This document shows positions 60,299-64,000 of a stretch of DNA of 64,000 bases, in pieces. Positions within the stretch are counted from its first letter, which is position 1. The number at the start of each line of letters is the position of its first letter. The stretch covers positions 3,521,274-3,585,273 of the forward strand of contig NC_068984.1 of NCBI RefSeq assembly GCF_001194135.2, given 5' to 3'. The translations under genes were made by a program, and so were the position numbers. Below the pieces are notes generated by a model. That model was not told the DNA's origin. It did no database searches and saw only the letters and a program-made list of their open reading frames with translations. This DNA comes from Octopus bimaculoides. Lineage: Eukaryota.

Positions 60299-61528
60299 CT
60301 GAAAGAATAAACAAATACAAATGACAGGTTTAGAAAAAAAAGTTAACCATCACAGATACTCAGGAGTTTCTGTGACAAAAGTCTGCCAGACATTTTAGGA
60401 TTACCTCTCCATATCTGTTTTTAATTTGTTGCTAAAATAAAATGCAGTGTAGAGGAAAACTAAGCCATTTCAGGATACAAACATTAAATTCTTGCCTTTT
60501 ACTATAAAAGCCAACAAGAGTCTATTCAAGAATACATTCCAATATATTCATTAGTTAAAGTTGGCCATATAAAAGCCAGTGGGTTTGAATAATGCATGCA
60601 TATGTACATCTATATAGATATTAATTGCAAGACAGAGAAATGAGGGTTGAGTCTTGTTTAAAAAACACCAAGAAAACAAAAAAAGATCTGGTTAGGAACT
60701 GTCCTTTTCAGAGATTCTGGTGTATAAAATATTCGGTAAAGTAGAATCTAAACATGAACTGTCTACATCAATCATTGGTTGGGAGTAGTTGCTACCCCCA
60801 TGGGGTTTCTATGAATTCTACAATTTCTAAACTATTATGGGGAATGATAATGGCTATAATAATAATAACAAATAGAGCTGGCAGAACGCCATAGAATTTT
60901 GATGTATAAAATAAGTTTGCTTACAGATCAATTTTCATAGTAATATTTTTCAAACAATGAAAATAATAGCATTTTCTGTAGACTAATAAAGATAAGCAAA
61001 TTTATAGTCTTAGCATTTGGAGATACTAGTCTTAGTTTATAAAAATAAGATCCTTGCTGTTAAGATTCACCACTAAAATTAGTGTTTTCTAAATTCAGTT
61101 CTTATGAGGTAAATTAATCAGATCATTTTTTAAAATTCATTAAAATTTCATTCTACAATGCTTAATTAAATTAACCTGCTGGGGTTAGAGAGTCCCTGTC
61201 TAGCAAGTACTACAAGGGTATTAGGAAGGATTTGACAAAAAGAAGGCAACAACAAAGTAGTCACTAAGACTACCAATGGGAAAAAACAGTTCCGGAATTT
61301 GAGAGAAAAAAAAGTGCCAGGAAGCATCAGTAATTATAGGAAATGGTTTATGAAGCTGAGCACAGATGTGTTAGGATTTCAGTTCAATTATGAAACACAA
61401 CAAGAATGGGGGGTGAGAGGGAAGAGTACAATTTAGAAGCATGCTTCTGACCTGGATATTAGGTTAAGCTTAAATAAATACAGAAGCGGATTTCCTTGAA
61501 CTAGTCATTTTATATACATACATACATT

Positions 61529-61560
<32 letters not shown>

Positions 61561-62497
61561 CACTCACATATAAATACATGTATATATACATACACACATG
61601 CATACATACATGCACATGTTTAAACATATTACAAAATTACTAAAATTTTTACTGCCAAAACTTTGTCACTGAAAAGTCAATGACATACCACCACCACCTC
61701 CATTATTTAATGTCCAGTTTTCCATATGTGGATCTGACAAAACTTGGTGAGGTAAATTTTCAACAGCCAGATGCCCCTCTTGTCACCAATCCTCACCTGT
61801 CCCCAAGCAAGTTCTTTAAACAATCAACTCAATGGCTAGACATTGTTTTTTCATAGATGATGTGAAAATCAATGGCATTATTTTGATATGAATGGTGAAC
61901 CAATGCAGAAATATCAAAACAAAGTGACACAAACACATGCACGTTGCTTGAGGCTTGCTTTTCTTTGTTTGTTTTTTTTTGGCAAACTTGTTGCAAGACA
62001 TTTCCAGTATAAAGAAAAAAACCAAAAAAACCAAATCCCACTTCTCTTTCTCTTAAAGACGGTTGAGTAATGTTGGCCAATTTAGTCATAAACAACTGGT
62101 AATAAATTTTTTCACCTGCAGAGAATGTTCCCAACAAGAAGTTGATAGCTTTTATAACCTAGGTGAGCAATTAGCACNNNNNNNNNNGGGGTGAAAGCAC
62201 AGCAGCCAAAGTAAGAACAGGAGAATGGAGAAAGTTTAGGGATTTGTTAGAGCTGCTTGTAACAAGGTATTTCTTGGATCACCACAAGAGTTCACACCAC
62301 AGAATTACCAACAGAAGAATTGTTGTCCCAACCCACTGTGACTATAATCTACAGAACTGAAAGGCAAAGTTGACCTCGGCAGAATTTGAACTCAAGATAG
62401 TAAAAATGGATGAAACGCCACCAAACATTTTGTTCAGTGTGATAACGACTCTGCCAGCTCACTGCCTTGGTAATGATAGCAATAATGTATAAATATA

Positions 62498-63060
62498 CGG
62501 GGTGGCCACAAAATCACACACCATGGGAGATATCAAGTATGCTTTATTAGCAATGGAGTAGATAATCCATTACAAATGTTCAAAGTGTTGGCCATGTAAC
62601 TCTAAACAAGTGTTCATACAGAATTTGAAATTGTGATGAACCCTCACAAATAGTTCTTCATTGCTGTTGACTTGTTCACACGCTTCAACAATTCTTTGAA
62701 GGGGGTGTCTTTGGGCATGAATCTTTTCAGAATACACAAGGATTTAATGTAGCCCCAGAAGAAAAAGTCCATGGGAATTAAACCTGGTGACCATGGTGCC
62801 CACTCAAATGGCCTGCAAAGCCTGAGCCATCTCCCTGGATAATGTTTATTCAGAAAATCATGAAGCTGTAATGCATAATGGAGCAGAACCCCATCCTGCT
62901 GAAACCAAACAGAATTTCCCCTTCCAAGTGAATGCATGTGAGGTGTCATCTTGCTGCCAAGCATGTCCAGATACGAATCATATGTCACAAACCCCCTAAA
63001 AATAAAATGGTCCAATTACTTGATTGTGCCAAATCTCACAGCACACCATTACCTTGCCCC
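62498..63060 (-). mobile_element. Tc1/mariner-superfamily transposon 3' fragment, DD41D (rosa-type) spacing
   Basis: WFQQDGVLLHY...WAPWSPGLIPMDFFFWGYIK has 41 residues between D and D. C-terminus ...LHGQHFEHL*. Terminal TA-CGGGGTGGCCAC at 62496-62509. Confidence 0.75.
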
Positions 63061-64000
63061 CACCTTGTTGATTAACTGCCTCTATCCAATGAGGATTGGT
63101 TTGTGATTAACATTGGCAATTGTGAAAAGAGATTAAAAGAAAAAACAGAATGTTAGGAATTTCACATGTTGCAGGATGGTGCATGACTTTATGACCACCC
63201 ATACACACATACACACTATGTTCTAAAATTAACAGAGGATACAATAATAATTCCATATTTTATAATTTTATCTCAACAATAACCTTGTATTATATTAATG
63301 ACAGCATTGTTGCTTAGCCCCAGGCAGGCCTTGATCGAGCAGATAAATGATCAAAAGTGCTCCAGTTGTGACCATCTCTAAAGAAGGAGCTGTTTGTGTA
63401 CGGTGTACAATGTTGTATGATTTCACAACATGGCCACTGAATGAGGACGAGATTGCCTGAAGGCTGGAAGCAGTCATGATTTGCTTTTTGTGTTTGTGTG
63501 TATGAGTGATGGAGACTAAAGGAGTGGAGAAAAAAGAAAAAAGAAAACAGAGATGATTACCCTGGGGCATGCATGATGCATGTGGAAGAAAGCAGCTAGG
63601 GAAAGAAACGCTACATGACCCATGAGGTTGGATCATGTAGCGGAAGAGGAAAACCATAACAGACACAATACTAAATTAAGGAGACTTGTCAATAGGAAAC
63701 TTGATGAAGCAGATGGACAAAGGATCACAAGTGATGAGATGATGTCCTGGGAGAAGAACCATCCAGTGTAAGGAAAATGTGGGGTAAAAATTACAATGAG
63801 GACGGTGGTGAACACGATATATGAACTGGGTATATATATATGAATGAACAAAGAATGGAGTGGTCCTAAGAAACTATTAGGAAAATAAAGACAAAAATAT
63901 ATATGTATAAATTAAAAAGAAACAGATTACATAATTAATGTATATCACTATCGCCATAGTAGACGGGTAAAATAAATATCATTGATGCAGTAGTAGAGGG

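Noticed and set aside
60301-64000. Search for FoxP leucine-zipper / zinc-finger exons
   Set aside because: No matching coding sequence found; they presumably lie upstream of the window.

Overview
AT-rich, repeat-dense eukaryotic genomic DNA from a gapped scaffold. The SINE, RTE and CR1 repeat landscape and the protein sequence point to an octopod cephalopod (Octopus sp.; inference). The main feature is the 3' half of a FoxP forkhead transcription factor gene on the minus strand. Eight exons can be read directly, all with GT-AG borders and matching phases: 60298-59968, 54676-54600, 53072-52971, then either 39057-38936 or 31977-31820, then 22082-22007, 17426-17293 and 13204-12613 (stop). The two alternatives are phase-identical exons for the DNA-recognition half of the forkhead domain. 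One is canonical ([12 protein letters not shown]). The other is of the FOXP1-ES / insect isoform-B type ([12 protein letters not shown]...RGRPRKY) and is preceded by a YGCY (MBNL-type) cluster. The introns and downstream flank hold a Helitron 3' end, a TIR-bounded Tc1 element with DD36E spacing, a DD41D fragment, decayed RTE/CR1/L1/R4/Penelope retroelements, many SINEs, hierarchical minisatellites and several long inverted repeats. They also hold an inverted pair of minimal hammerhead-ribozyme motifs and a pre-miRNA-like hairpin on the FoxP sense strand. Exon borders were read base by base; most repeat borders are approximate. Most short ORFs in the track are microsatellite or gap artefacts.
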